Positions 12,191 through 26,339 of a stretch of DNA of 64,000 bases are shown piece after piece; position 1 is the first letter of the stretch, and each line of letters opens with the position of its first letter. This DNA is from Lama guanicoe (lineage: Eukaryota). Below the pieces are notes generated by a model, which searched no databases, had not been told where the DNA came from, and saw nothing but the letters and a program-made list of their open reading frames with translations. The stretch covers positions 3,458,084 through 3,522,083 of the forward strand of contig MU056050.1 in NCBI GenBank assembly GCA_013239625.1, given 5' to 3'. The position numbers and the translations under genes were made by a program.

Positions 12191-13419
12191 ATTGAAGTGG
12201 AAAAAAATAAAAATAAAAAAATAAAAACAAACCCACACACACAAGAAAGATAGATGCCCAGTTGAAGAAAATATTTTTCCTCTCTGACACAGCAGAGAGG
12301 GAACATATGAAAAAATCTTGACCAATGAAAATTGAAAGGATAAAATTAAGAAAAAAAATTTTTAAAAAGTACAAAACCAGACATATTTACCAAGCATCAA
12401 CATCGCTTACCTATGAGCCTCATTAACCTCATTTCTTTTCTCAGTTTGTTGGGAGGAAATATCAGCCTGACGGAGAGCAATACTATCTCAGTTATAGAAG
12501 GTTCTCAAACTTTATCATCAGAATCGGTATTATTACAAGATAACATTCATTCAGTGTTTTTACTATATACCAGGCAACTTGTTAGATACTTTCCACTTTA
12601 ATCCTCACATTACTTTGGAACCTCAGCTCATAACCACTTACTGCCTTTCTAATCTTTTCTCTCTACGTGTGACTCTAGTCTGTTTTCCTGGCACAATGTG
12701 AATGCACTTCCATTCTCTACCTATAGTGAGTGAGAAAGAGACTTTCCTAGTAGTTTCAAAAATTTCCAACCAAGGCGTCCACTCTGCCTGTATGCTCTCC
12801 AGAGATATCTAGCCTCACTCCTGGAGGTGTCCCTGGCTCTGATACCCTCTAGCTTCCCCACCCCCGACACATATCCTGAATACTCATTTTCTGTCTTCCA
12901 GTTTAACCGGAGCATACTGACTCAACAATTGCTATGTTTGTTTTCTTCTATCTTTCTGGGTGACACTTTTGTCCTGATCTTTTTATCAGCCATGTAGTTT
13001 TTCATCTGAAAACTGCGTATGTGCATTTTCCTCTTTCATAAACATTCGGTTTGAACAAATGCATCTACTTCTTGGTCTATTTACAAAGCATACGTGATTA
13101 TCATATTCCAATTCCAATGAGTGCTTAATCCTCCCTTCTAGTCCCATGTTTATTCCTGAATTCCTGGGGTCTAGATTCTATTATGTTACCCTCATCAGTC
13201 AAGTCTACTTAACATCACATCTAGTGGCCCCCACTTTTGAGGTTGAACATGTCCTACCTGGGCTTTTATACCCTAGTCATGACTATGAAAAAATTTGCCA
13301 GTCTGAAATCCTGACAGGACTTCCTATAATAAAGAAATGTATGCGTGTATAATCTGTGATATTAACAAACTTTTTGAAAGCCCCTCAGAATCTTTGTATT
13401 TTAAAAGATTCCAGAACAA

Positions 13420-13612
13420 AGGCAACTATATACTTCCAACTTTTAAGGACAGCTCTAATTTCAGAGAATTTTATCATTTCCAATAATGGTAATTCATTAA
13501 AGAACATATCATGTATATATCTCTTGAAATTGTCACCATGAATACACACATATTAAAAAAAAAATCTTTGGTCGAACCATGTGTCCCAGTTTAAGGCTCA
13601 GAAAATAGATCA
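13420..13612. mobile_element. Old hAT-like DNA transposon remnant; related copy at about 56955-57160
   Basis: Similar ends at both loci: aaaaaatctttggtcgaaccatgtgtcccagttt versus aaaaaattctttgtcagaccatgtgtcctgatct. Confidence 0.4.
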
Positions 13613-14009
13613 CTCTGGTCATGGTCCTTTTGCTTGGTTAGCCTAGATTCTGGATCCCCACAGACTTCAGAAATAGCTCCCTGGAGTAGCCTCTGCCTTG
13701 TGATCTTGTCACTAATTTTCACCAGGAGGTTGGGAGTGAAGGAGTGGACTCTCAAGCCCATCAGTAAGACCATAAAAGTCTTCCTCTCTTCCAGTATGTT
13801 CCCAGCTATTTTAGTTGGGTGTGAAAATAACAGAAAGGACAGGAGGGTTGTAGCTCAAAAAGTTGGACAGTATCTTTTCACACCCTTCCATCTCCCTTTG
13901 TCTTACCCTTCCCTTTTCTTGCCACATACTTATGTCCTCTTTACTCCAGATACACATGCACTAGATTCCTTCACACTACTGCCTGGCTACCAGGGGTTTG
14001 ATTTGTCAC

Positions 14010-14120
14010 ACCTTAGCCAGCCAGCCAGCCAGCCATCTACAAATCTTTACTGAGTACTACTATCTGCTGGGAACTATGCTAGGTGCTGTGAAAAGAGAAA
14101 TGGATGAAGCATGGTCTCTA
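14010..14120 (-). mobile_element. L2 3' end
   Basis: agccagccagccatctacaaatctttactgagtactactat...actatgctaggtgctg. Confidence 0.7.
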
Positions 14121-14979
14121 AATGCCACTTGCTTGGAGCATTTCCTGAGAGCTACTTCTTTTCCTGATATCTTAAGTACTTAGACTGGCAACTCAGTTGA
14201 TATCTTGTCCTTCTGGCAGCATTAGCTGTTAATGATAACAATAAAGTACCTCTTCCTAAAAGAAAACTCAGTATTTTCTTTAGAAATCATTGGTCTCATG
14301 CAGTCCCTAATACACAATAGTAGTAACCATAGCTACCATTTTAATTGCCTACTATATCTCAGGCAATGAACTAAGTTTTTTATATACATTTTTTCTCCTA
14401 ATCCATAACAAACTAAAGCTAAGAGAGTTTAAAGCCCAGTAACTAGCTAGTAGCAAAGGTGATGTCTGTCTGACCCCAAATCCCATGATCATCAGTCTAT
14501 TTCATGATGGATTAAGTGTCTTAATCCAAAGCATAGTCATTTTCAATGGCAGAGGGTTGTTTGAGGGACCTACATGACACTGCCCCAATCATACTAGAAA
14601 GACAGCAGAGGAACAATTAGAAACATGGGTGAACAACCAGGAGAGAGTAATGACCCAGCAGTAAACAGAGTTTTAGGAAAGAGAATGGTTAACACTTTGA
14701 TGTGCCTACTTGAGAGCAGAAGCTGAGTTCTTTACTGGGACAGTCTGAGATCATTTCAGAGTTAGGTCATCTAAGCAGGTCACAAGTACAAGTGTAATTT
14801 GATACCCATAAAACAGCAAAAGAGCACAGTCCTGACCTAGGCTAAAAGATCCAACTGGAAACAAGTGAAAAGTGTCTGCATAGTTTTGAAAATTCTGTCG
14901 TTTCCTTGATTCAAATACTGATCTTTTATTTTAACTTGGTCAGGCTCAAGTATGAAATGTGCAGGATGAAAAAAAGTTA

Positions 14980-16350
14980 CCTTCTCAAGTGACAACTCAA
15001 ATTGTGTATACAACATGGTTGTAAATGCCTGCACATTATTCTGATAGATGTACCATAATGTTTTTAATGTTTCCATCTTGTAGGCATTTAGCTTTTTTCC
15101 AGTCTTCTATCATTGGTAATAATAATAAAATGATTGTCCTTGCATATATCTGTCCACATTCTGATGATTTTCTCTTTATTGCTTTTAAGATACAAGATAC
15201 CTAATAGCTTTATAAACTCTGTACAAATTATCATTTGCTTTCCAGAAAAATCATAGTAATTTACACTCTTCTAGAAGTACAGGAGATTGCCTATCTCACA
15301 GCACCTTCATAAGAACTAATCTCTGTGAATATGACTGGCCAAAAAAAATATGCTTTTAATTTGTATTTGTATTTTCAAATTGTTTATTGTCCATGTGCAT
15401 TTATTTTTACTGTGTACTCAAATCTTTGCCATTTTCCTATAGGGGTGTCTACCTTTTTCTTAATGGTTTATAAGAGATATTTATATATTACAGACATTTG
15501 GCCTTTGTTATATACACTGCATGTATTTTACATGTTTATGATTTGCCTTTTCATTCTGTTAATGATGTTTTTAAGAAAAAAATACTGGTTGTTATAGATT
15601 TAAATCCATCATCCCTTTCTTCTGTGATTTCTTCTCATCATAAAATCAAATAGTCAACTCTTATTTGTTTTTATTTTTAAACTTTTAAAACATTTACACT
15701 TAAATATTTCAAAAATGTACTTAGGCATATAGTGTTAAGTTAGGCTCTTGAGATGTTATGGTGAATTCCCTCCCCACCCAAACAGCCAATCTTCCAAGAG
15801 CTAATCATTGAATTATTCTTTCCCCCATTGTTTATGATCTTTTTTATCATAAAATAATACTTCTTCAAGGCTAACTAGTTCATTTTATTCATCTCTCCAT
15901 TCTTACAACCTTGCCACACTAATAATTATTATAACTCTGTAATGCTTTTTATATCTGTTGTTATTGTTTTAAAAACATGTTTTACTATGAAATCTGCTTT
16001 TTTTCCCAAAATGAACCACAGAATCATTGTCCAAAAAGCCAACAGAAATTTTTGTTGAATTTATATGAAACTTACAAATTAATTTTGAATTTCCTATACC
16101 TGTGCACCTATAAATCAATTAAATTGGAAAAACTTACATATTTTAAATATTCACATATCATAGCCAAGAACATGATGCATCTCTCTGTTCAAATTTTACT
16201 TTATGTTCCTCCAGAAAATTTGGTAATTTCGAATAAAAAATATGGGCCTTATGTTTTTCTTGTTAAAATTGTCCTTAGAATTTGAAGATACTTAAAGTAT
16301 TGCCAATAAATTCTTTTTCATATTTAAAATTTCTGACTGGTTATTGCAGG
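14980..16350 (-). mobile_element. Highly diverged L1ME-type fragment
   Basis: gatgtaccataat...tttagcttttttccag; tccagaaaaatcatagtaatttacactc; ctttgccattttcctataggg; tttttcccaaaatgaac; antisense old-L1 character. Confidence 0.7.
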
Positions 16351-17404
16351 TACATCAACAGAGGAGTACAGCACAACCCATAGGGACTACATTAACAGGC
16401 CATTAAAAAGAAGAAGAAGAAGAAACATTTACTGCCATTTAGGAAACATATTCTCTGCTGGAACTTGCTTGCTGTAGAATCAAAGAGTTATGATATTACA
16501 CACCACCCATCAAACTCAGAGAATTTAAGGCCATGTTCTCGTTCAACAGTCATCATTCTCAGATGAGAGAGAAACCATTTATCAAGATACAGGAAGAAAG
16601 AAAGTAGCTATCACACAAGTGAAAGCACTGGGACAAAAACAATGATTCTGATTAAATTTTCAAAAGAAATTTTCACAGTCTGCAATTGTGTTTTGGCAAG
16701 TTTAAATCCCAAATGAAATTTTTGAAGAGATGTTATATGTCCTTGAAAAGCAAGTTTACAATGAAAACGCTGGCAGACCTTAGGAGAAAAGATTGAATTT
16801 TTGTGAGCACCTCTAATGTCACTTACGTGTAACACTATCTGTATACACAGGAAGTATATATACTGATAAGGGTTTTTTCTCCTGAAAATCACTGTCTTAT
16901 TTATCAAATTCAATATCCATTGTCTCCCTTAAAGTTACTATTAGGACATAATCAATCTACATAGCTTTTCAATTATTTAAACAATAAATCATATTTTTAA
17001 TATTTTATACAGAAAAAATGTTTTCTTCTAACTCTAATTATAACTAATGCCTATGTCTTGGCACAAACGTATCAGCTATTTTCTTCTAACGACTAAAGTT
17101 GATTCAGTGAATGTAAAATCCATGGAAGGCTTTGTAAATTTATGGAAATCATCACCCACAAATTCCAGTTTTCTAGTATAGAAAACAGTTAAAATTGGGG
17201 GAAATCAATATAAAGCACAAGAAGAATTCTTGTTAACTACACTCTGAAGTCATAGATGAGAGACAGCAAAGGCGTAAGGTCACTCCACTTCTCTAAACCA
17301 TTAATCAGCTTGTTCTGGTCATCTGCGATCTTCTAGCAGCATCTTCAAAAATCACTAAGATTAATAGCAAAGAAGTGAATGTACAAAATGAAATGAAAGT
17401 TAAA

Positions 17405-18360
17405 AACAGGAGCATCCTGTTGTTCCAAAAAAATAAGTACATGCTAAAAAAAATAAATAACCTACACTAATGGGGATGTATCAAAGGGACACAGGAATCA
17501 AGTGAAAGATGATTAATGGCCAAGGTTGGAACAATTTGAGCAACAGAAAAAAAGCAGTATTGGACTATAACTCAAAGTAAAAAATAAATATCCATGAGTC
17601 CATAGTGAGATAAATGAATGATTGAATAAGTAAATGAATAGGAGAGAAGAGACAAATACCCTGTGCAGTATTGCAAATAACTTGTATTGATACTCTACCT
17701 TCAAGGAGATGGAGTCTAACTCCTACTCATTAAGTCTGGGCTGCACATAATAGTTTCCTTCCAGAGAGTACACTATAGAGGGCGAAAAGTTTAGAGTGGA
17801 GAACCCTAATAACACTATCTCAGTCAGGTGATGCAAGGCCAACATCAACAATAAGTCTTGTTGATATTATGCACCTGTAATAATTTGTGAAGAAAATTTT
17901 ATTCGTCTCTGGGGTCTTCCTCCCAAACACCCATAACCCCAGTCTAATCATGAGGAAAGCATAATACACATTCCAATAGAAGGCCATTCTACAAAATACC
18001 TGACTCCTCAAAACTGTCAAAGTCATCAAAAAAACAGAAAGTCTGAGAAACTGTCACAGCTAAGAGAAGTCTAGGGAGACGTGACAAATAACTGTAATGT
18101 GGTAACCTGGATAGGATCCTGGAACAAAAAAAAAGACATCAAGTAAAAACTAAGGAAATCTGAATAAACTATGGACTTATATATGAATGAACCAATATAA
18201 ATTCATTAATTGTAACACATGTACCATAATAATGCAAGATGTTAATATGAGGGAAAACTGTGTGGAGGTGTGGAGGTGGGCGGAATGGTAAATCTCTGTA
18301 CTACCTGCTTAATTTTTCTGTAAACCTAAAACTGATCTAAAAATAGTTTATTAATTTTTA
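17405..18360 (+). mobile_element. L1MC3-like 3' region
   Basis: atcaaagggacacagg...ggaacaatttgagcaac...cccataaccccagtctaatcatgaggaaa...ctcctcaaaactgtcaaagtcatc...tgtaaacctaaaactg. Confidence 0.85.
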
Positions 18361-19914
18361 ACTTCATTTTATAAAACAGCAGAGGTCAGAAAAAATTAGG
18401 AGATTATAGTGAAGAAAGAGGGAAAAAAATTGACCTCTCGGAGGAAAATGGGTAGAAAGGCAACACCAGACAAGCTTTGCCTAACATCAAATCCACTTCA
18501 TCTAAATGTCAATGTCATAACTTAGCTCATTACAATAGGAATTTATATATCATGAGTCAAAACAACTTTGAAAATACCTATGTACAGCAAAATCTTGATG
18601 TCACACAGTTCCTCCCCCATCCCCAGTGATGTTAAGAGGACTCACTGATTCCAAATTAGCCCAAAGACTATTCACTTTCCTAAATGGGATACCAAAATAG
18701 GGATCAGAGTAGTTGAATAGAGGTTTGTCCTAGAATCTGTGACATCAAGCATGGATTCTAACCATGGGATCTTAGAGTTCAAAGGACCTCAGAAAAATCG
18801 ACTGATCCAAGTCTTTTATTGTCTGTAACATTTTACTGGTGTGTTATCTTTTATAAAGATCTCCAGAGAAGGCTCATAAATTTTCAGGGTCATCCTCACA
18901 AAGATCCCTCTGTTATGGTTTTACCAATTACTTTGTAAGAACGTAGTTTGTCACACTTTTCCTGGAGTTTCCTGCACTCAGATACTTTTAAGATTGTTGG
19001 GTCTAAGATTACTGATTAGTACCACCAACTTTAATCACCCTTATGCATGACTGGTAACTATACTCCAAAAAACTATTTGAAAATTAAAAAGCAATAAGAA
19101 GGCATCATTTCAAAATATTATATGATAATATGACATCCCCAGAGGACATGATGAACATTTTTCTGAATACTCTGTGGTTTGGCACACAGTAGGCACTCTT
19201 AATCTGAATAAATTATAATAATGATAAATAAATAATGAATAAATGGGGCTATCTTTCAACACATTTGGTTTAGAAGCTCATAATTTAAACTCATGTCATG
19301 AGTTTCTTAGTGGACAGTTACATCTATTTAGAGTCTTTTGTGGCAGAACTCAATAAAAATACTAGGCATGCTGTATGGGATAAAGCCAAATGGGAGAACT
19401 CTAAAGATGGTAGCAGATGAGGATGGGAGTAGATTGAGCCATCTTCATTTTGGGGTTTCTACCATGGAATGTCCAAGGAAGGATACTCAAGAACACCACA
19501 GTCAAGTGGTAAACATGACCCTTTGGGAAAGTATTTCTGGAGGAAAATGAAGATACTCACTTTCTATATTCATTTAAGAGAATTATAGGCAGTGACAGAT
19601 AGAAAATCTAGGGGGTGTATGTGTGTGTAGGTCATGGGGTGGAGAGGGGCTTCATCACTGTCAGCCACTCATTCTGTCCCCCTACTTCTCTTTCTATTCC
19701 TGTCATCCCTCTCCCCACCACCACACAAAAGCCTCAGCTAGTGCGTGGCTTTAGCAATCCCATAATTATCTCTGCCACTATCCATATCATCTCCAACTTT
19801 GACTTTCACCAATTTTGTCATACTGTTATCTTTTCAAGTGTCTGGAGTTTGAGGCTTCAAGTCATGCTGGACTATCCAAAATGAAACCTGTTCTGCTCAC
19901 TTACAATTCTTCCA

Positions 19915-20600
19915 CTTGCTCATTCAACAATATGGAGTGTCCAGTGCATGTCAGGCACTATGCTAGAAGCTTGAGAAACAAACATGATTAGGACACGATG
20001 CTCACCAGCAGGCTAGTAAAGACAGAAAGACAGAAAGACAGATAACTGCAAGGCAATGTGGAGACACTGTAATAGAAGTGTGCAAAGAGGGCCATGAAAA
20101 TATATAGAAATTAATGCTGCCTGTGGGTGGATTGGAAAAGGCTTCACATGGAGGTAATATTTCAACTAGGTCATGTAGGATGAGTAGGATCTTACTGTGT
20201 CCAGAGGGTGGGTAAGACATTCTGAGGAAAGGGAATAGAGATAGCTTCATGAGCAAAGCACATAGATATAAAATTAGGTGGTGTGGTCAGGAAACAGTGA
20301 CTCTGACTGTAACAAAGAGAATGGTAAACAATGAGATTATAGCATGCCAGATTAGGAAGGATTTTGTTCACTATGTCAAGTATTTTAGATTTTAATTTTA
20401 AGGCAGTTGGAAACTGAAATGTGACATGACTTGAGTGGTAAATCACTCTGGCTATTTGAAGAGAATGGATTGGCAGGTTAGGGGACAAGACCAGAGACAA
20501 TGATAGTTAGATGACAGATGACGACAGTCTGAATTACAGGATTGTAGCAAGAAAGTAGAAAGCAAAAGGACAGATGAAAAAGTATTGGCAAAATCAGCTT
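19915..20600 (-). mobile_element. L2 fragment
   Basis: cattcaacaatatggagtgtccagtgcatgtcaggcactatgctag...gaaaaggcttcacatggagg...aaatcactctggcta. Confidence 0.75.
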
Positions 20601-22897
20601 GTTACTCAAAAACAAAAGGGAAAGAGAAAAAAATATTCTTGAGCATAACCTTAAGCATATCTTTAAAGCATATTTTGAAGACTGAGATGAGGAAAGTTAA
20701 GGGAGTTCATACTCGATAACCTCCACATTCTTGGTGAAATTAGAAGGCCTAATCATCTTCTGTAAGGAAGACATGGCTGGAGATAGCTCCTGAGAAGAAA
20801 GGAGAAAGAAGCTTACCATGGAGAGAGAAAAAGACTCTCTTATAAAAGAAATGCTCAGGGCTCTGCTAAGTTTGGAAATGTAGTATAGTCAGCTCACAGG
20901 AGACCAGGTAGGTTGAGTGTGTTAGGCAAATGACACCAGGGTGTCAGGAGAATTGATCCATGGGGGAGTGTAAGGACAGGTGGTCATAAACCTACCCCAG
21001 GCAGACAGAACACCAAGGAAGCCATCTAGGGATCAGGAGGGCTAGCCCAATGTTCATTCACAAAATAGGTTCCTAAGATCCAAATCTATCAGCTAAGGAA
21101 CCTAACATGTAAACAGAAATAACACAGAAGAGAGTTTCCCTTGCATCTAATGTGGAGCTATAATTTAAACTATGAGTAGTATTTTTAAGGGGAGAAATGT
21201 TTGAATTTGTGGTAGTTAGGACAAAGGATGGTTAAAACTTTCCGGGGCCGGGGGAGGGTTGGGATAGACTTACACCAGTATCTGCCGAAGTGATGTTTTA
21301 AATAGAAAGATGCCCACATGAAGGTAGGAGAAAAAATCTCCACATAATCCCTACCAGCCGCTGAAATCATACCCCACCCTTATATATAGATTCATTTAAT
21401 CAAAGCACACATCAAAATGAAACTCTTTAGAATGTGACAACTCAATCTAACAAACATATTCCTTGCTTAACTAGCTTGTCAATCTAAGGATCCCAACAGA
21501 AGGAAGCTGTCTAATCAAGAAAAGGAAGGGGAAAGGTCGAATTAAATTTGATTAACTGTTTTATATGTTATAAAAGTATTATTTTTGCCAATATTACTTT
21601 GCAGTTAAAGTTTTGTAGACTTTATAGCAGCCAAAAAAGTTGTAGAACTAATTTAATATTTCTCCCCAAAATGCTGTCAATGAAAGTAGCCAAACCAAAA
21701 GATACATTTTTGGATAAAGCTTAATTCTATAGTCTAATATGGGAGTAAAGAGCTCCAGAAAAGTAGAAATTTGTGAACCAGGGAAACCACAAGTTAACAT
21801 GAGTTCTGATTCAAGTTATCAGCAGAAAATAACAAGGAACAGATATGGAACAGAATTAAATACATGAATCACAGATCAAACTACAAAAATGCCTAGCAAA
21901 CAACACACAGAACATTCTCTATGATTCAATGTTGTTTACGCAAAGTATTTACATGAAAAGAAATCATTTTCCGGAGGGCTTTCCCCATATACCTAGAGCT
22001 AGTGAGAATTACAAGGATATTACTGGAGCAGATTTTGTAGTTATGTACTCAGGTTATAGCTCAGCGTTCCTACAGAATATCTGGTGCCTTACCAACAACT
22101 GCAGAATCTATATACACTGTGTATTCTAACAATGAAAGCCACCTAGAGCCTCCAGTTGGTTTCTCCTATCCCTGTGTAAATAAGAACCTTGGAATATTTT
22201 GCTGATAAGTGTATTCTATATGTAATGGGCTCTTCCTCACAGAAGTAGTTGTACTTGGGAAATTAATGGGGGAAAAAAAAAAACCTTTGTTGACAGAATA
22301 GGATTTTTATAGGCCACCTATCAATTTCTGAAATATACTTGTAAGGCTGGTACAGGGGAAGTTGCGATAACTGATCTGTGATCTGGTTTGCTGCTCTCAA
22401 ACCTCAAGCTATTCAGAATGTAGTGATGTGCGGCACTGCCCCTCTCAGCTCAAACTCCAGTGAGCCAGATTACAGCACGGGGAGTCACTTCCTTTAAATC
22501 CTAGAGGCAGTTCTTATATCAGAGAGGGTTCTCTGAATTCCAGAATTCACACAATTAAAAGAATCATACAAATCGACATGAACCAGAGGTGATTTTTCCG
22601 TAGGGTAAATACTCTAGGTAGAATGACTAGTTCCCTTTAAAATAGCGAAAATAGTCATTTCTTTCTCTCAAAAATTATTTCTTTCTACTTATGTACCAAA
22701 TTCCACTGAAATTTAATAAAATTCACAGCATATGTGACCATTTAAAGTGTACATCCTAAATTAACTTGACCCAGGTCACAAAGCAATAAGTACTGAAATT
22801 AGGATTAAAATCCTGGGCTTTTTGACTACAAAGTCTCAGTTCTTTCCATTGTATCAGTAAAGTGATCCTTGTATGACTTCTGGAAATATTATGAAAC

Positions 22898-23723
22898 TCT
22901 TGGTATTCTGCGACTCAGTTTCCAATGTGGGGGGGGGCACTAGCTGGGTATCCTACAATTTAGCTCAGTTCTGACACTATCTACCAGAGATAGAATCAGA
23001 TTCCCCACAGGTAAATGGCTCAGTCCCACAAGATTGTCCCCCACCTTCTGCCGCCCCCTCCCCCAACTTCGGAGGGCAGTTGCAAATCCAGATTATTATC
23101 TGTACTTCTGACTGGCTATAAATTAGAGTTTCCCTCGACCACCTCCTCAGATTTGATTAATTTGCTAAGCAGCTCACAGAACTCAAAGAAACATTTTACT
23201 CATTAGATCGCCGGTTTATCGTAAAAGGATGTAACTCAGGAACAGCCAGGTGAAAGAGATACACGGCAAGGTATGGGGAAAGGGCAGGAAGCTTCCAAGC
23301 CCTCTCAGAGGTCGCCATTCTCCCCAGATCTCCATGTGTTCAACAAACCGAAATATCTCCAAACCCTGTCCTTTCGGGGTTTTACAGAGGTTTCATTACA
23401 TTGTAATGCTCAGTTAAATTCATTAATTCAAACTGAAGCCTCTCTCCCCTCCCCAGAGGTTGGAGGGTAGGGTGGAAATGAAAGTTCCAACCCTCCATCA
23501 CTCTCTTGGCTCCAAGGGCAACCAGACCCCACCCTTAGGCTCTTTCCAAAAGCTACTTCATTAACATAACAAAACACCTTAATCACTCTCCACACTTAAA
23601 ATTCCAGGGTTTTTAGGAGCTGTGATCCAGGCATCATGGATAATGGCCAAATATATATGAGAAATACATTCTGGTTATCTGAATGACCAAATGTATATTT
23701 TTCTTATAAATCACAATATCACA
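22898..23723 (-). mobile_element. MER21-type solo LTR with candidate 5-bp target-site duplication
   Basis: Ends in ataaatcacaatatcaca, the reverse complement of the MER21 5' end TGTGATATTGTGATTTAT. Internal cactagctgggtatcctacaatt...tctgacactatctacc...gctcagtcccacaaga. gaaac flanks both sides (22893-22897, 23724-23728). Confidence 0.8.
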
Positions 23724-23944
23724 GAAACCAAGAGCTGGTTCTAGAGGGAACAGGTTATGCCTTCTCAGCCCTTACTATTGCACAAGCTCTCTATGAAAGT
23801 GTTCGGTATCTTCAAGGTACCTTCAGAGCACGTGGGAGAAGAACCAAAGGCTGCACAGAGACGGATTGTCAGGTCTACACTCTTTGTGAAGCATCTTTGT
23901 GAAAAATAGAACAAGACGCCCCTCTAGTTGGAGAAATTACCACA

Positions 23945-24075
23945 AGGTGCCGTCTCCAGGCAGAACAATTACAAAGGACCCACAGTGAATGGAGTGCAGG
24001 CTAAATTTCAACCCAAAATCATGCCCCCTCAGTAAGGCATCCTTGTACAGAAAACAAATTGCATAAGCATCCCCG
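23945..24075. mobile_element. MER91-like hAT-Tip100 fragment
   Basis: gaatggagtgcaggctaaatttcaacccaaaatcatgccccc...gcatccttgtacag. Confidence 0.55.
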
Positions 24076-24099
24076 AGTCCCTTCTGGCTGCCTAATATC

Positions 24100-24649
24100 A
24101 TCTATTGGATTTATTCTCTGGAGCTGTCACTGCAGAGGACTTGGGCTGCTGCCTGGTATCTTTACCTGAGTCTTTACAGGACTGGTGATCATTAAACCCA
24201 TAGACAAAGAATATTGCCTGCCATTTCAGTAAACAAAGCATGTGGCCATAAAGCCATCTGCCAATGTAGCCCACCCTCTCCCCACTCTGCACCCTGAGGA
24301 AAATTCAAGATAGAGAAACAGGATGCTGGCCCTAGATAGTTAAGGTGCATATTAAAGGAATAATTTCAGTGAGTCCAGACTCTTGCATCTCCCCATCCAT
24401 AAAAAAGCACTAAAATCATTAACTTGAGATGTCTGCTTTTTGTGATTAGCAGTAATCTTTTGCTCTCTGACAACATGTTTGTTTGTCTTTTCATCAGAAA
24501 CTCCTATATATCCAGGCTCATCCCTTAACCTCTTTGGAACAGTTTCTCAGAGCTATCTAAATGGCTATATCCCAGGCTATAGTTCTTAGTAATGCCCCAA
24601 ATAAAACATAATTCTCAACTTTCAGATTGTATATTTTTTTCAGTCAACA
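24100..24649 (+). mobile_element. ERV1 (MER34/MER39-like) solo LTR
   Basis: TATA-like cctatatatcc (about 24503), aacctctttggaacagtttctcagagctatct, AATAAA at 24599-24604, and terminal ttcagtcaaca. The 5' boundary is uncertain. Confidence 0.75.
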
Positions 24650-25284
24650 AACCTCACTGTCTTTTTAATATTAAATAGCGGTATACTCTACCCAAAGACA
24701 TTTTACTCTGAGTCATGGAGTCATGGTGCAACTTGCTGCAATTTTGTAACAGGCTGTTCCTAAGAAATGAAAAATACCCAGAAAAAATTTAATCAAACTA
24801 GCTGGCTTTGATAGGAAACTAAATATCTAAAACCATGTCCCAAACTTAAATTAACTTTTAAAAAATCTCATTTCCAGTTTGACAAATTCAGAATAGTCAG
24901 ATGCTCATTGGAAAGGGCCTGTTATTTTGTTTTTCCTACAGACTGAATAGGCCATCTCTGGGCCATGCAAAGGCAGTTGACTCCATTGTCCTACTTACAA
25001 TATACATTTGAGTGTACTGTGGTAAATGCTGGGACTGAGATACATTTTGGGTACTATTGGGTGGTGGCTATATGAAATAGACTGTCTGAATTCCAAATGT
25101 ACTACCATGTTGTATGACCGTGAGTCAGATAATATAAATCCATAGTCATGAAAATTGAAGACTTTTGAGAAATATAACCATTTTGATTGCAGAGCATTAT
25201 AGAAATAAAAGTTTGACACAACATTCCAACTTTTTTAAGCGTTTTGCTTATAGGTGAAACTTAACAGATTGATGATCACTTATC

Positions 25285-25535
25285 CAATTTTTAATGTGTG
25301 TAAAGTAATGTGGCAAGTGCTTTATTTGAATACTCCTCATGTTATCTTTAAAGCAATCCTACGAGGTAATTAGCCATCATCATCCTTATCTCATCTTATA
25401 AATGAGGAACTGAGGTTCAGACATATTAAATAACTTATTCAAGGTACCTCAGCTAGAAAATGGCATAGTGTCAATATGAACTCATATCTTTTCTGTCTCA
25501 GATCTTGAGCTTTCTGCTGCTTCTGACACACTGCT
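25285..25535 (-). mobile_element. MIR
   Basis: catcttataaatgaggaactgaggttcagacatattaaataacttattcaaggt. Confidence 0.8.
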
Positions 25536-26339
25536 TTCTAAATTGATCTTAACAATGAAAATTTAAAGATGTGCCAATATTGAAATCAAAATCTCAGTAC
25601 TACTACCCTAATGATTTGCAAACAAAGCAAAAATTCCCCTCCAGGATCCAATTTGGCAGAGATAAATAGTTGGGGCTAAACCTATGTGAATATACTCACA
25701 TAAATATAAATAAACTGCATTTAAAATAAGATATTTGGGGCAAGTTTGGGAAATACACTGAATTTGTTTTTTGCTTTGTGTGGAGATTAATTAACAATAG
25801 ACCACCCCAATCTGCAGTTATAAGAAAAATTAATTAATAGTCTTTTATGTGAAATGATGTTTAAAGAGCAATTATATTTAAATGATGCATTTGAAAGCCT
25901 TACCTCCCACACATTCAAAAATACCTATTATTTTACAAACTGCACTAGTGTATACAATTTCAAAAGACTATTTCTCCAGATAGAAAATTACAATACAAAT
26001 ATCCCAAAACTACACCAACTAAATTATCTAGGCACAGAAAGCCACCCCCACTGTTATAAGACATCCCAAAAATATTTTCTGCAAAAGTAAAGCAGGATTT
26101 TAACCAATATTACTTCCTGAAAAGAGGTGGCATTGGTTTTAATGAAGAGTTGATAAGCCACTATATTTAGAAACCAAATTATTACCAGTTTTGCTTTGGA
26201 AATAAGATAGGAGAGCTAATAATAGGAAAAGATGATTTGCCTCTTGAAAAAAAAAAAAACTGCAAACCCCAAAGACTAGAGGCATGGGCAATTGAAAATT
26301 CTTTTCTGAAGGATTTCTTACTAATTAGGGAGATTAGCT

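Noticed and set aside
12411..12466. Possible 56-nt minus-strand exon (ctccgtcag|GCTGAT...CATAG|gtaagc)
   Set aside because: Short pyrimidine tract, frame-shifting length and unrecognised peptide. Such pseudo-exons are common in long introns.
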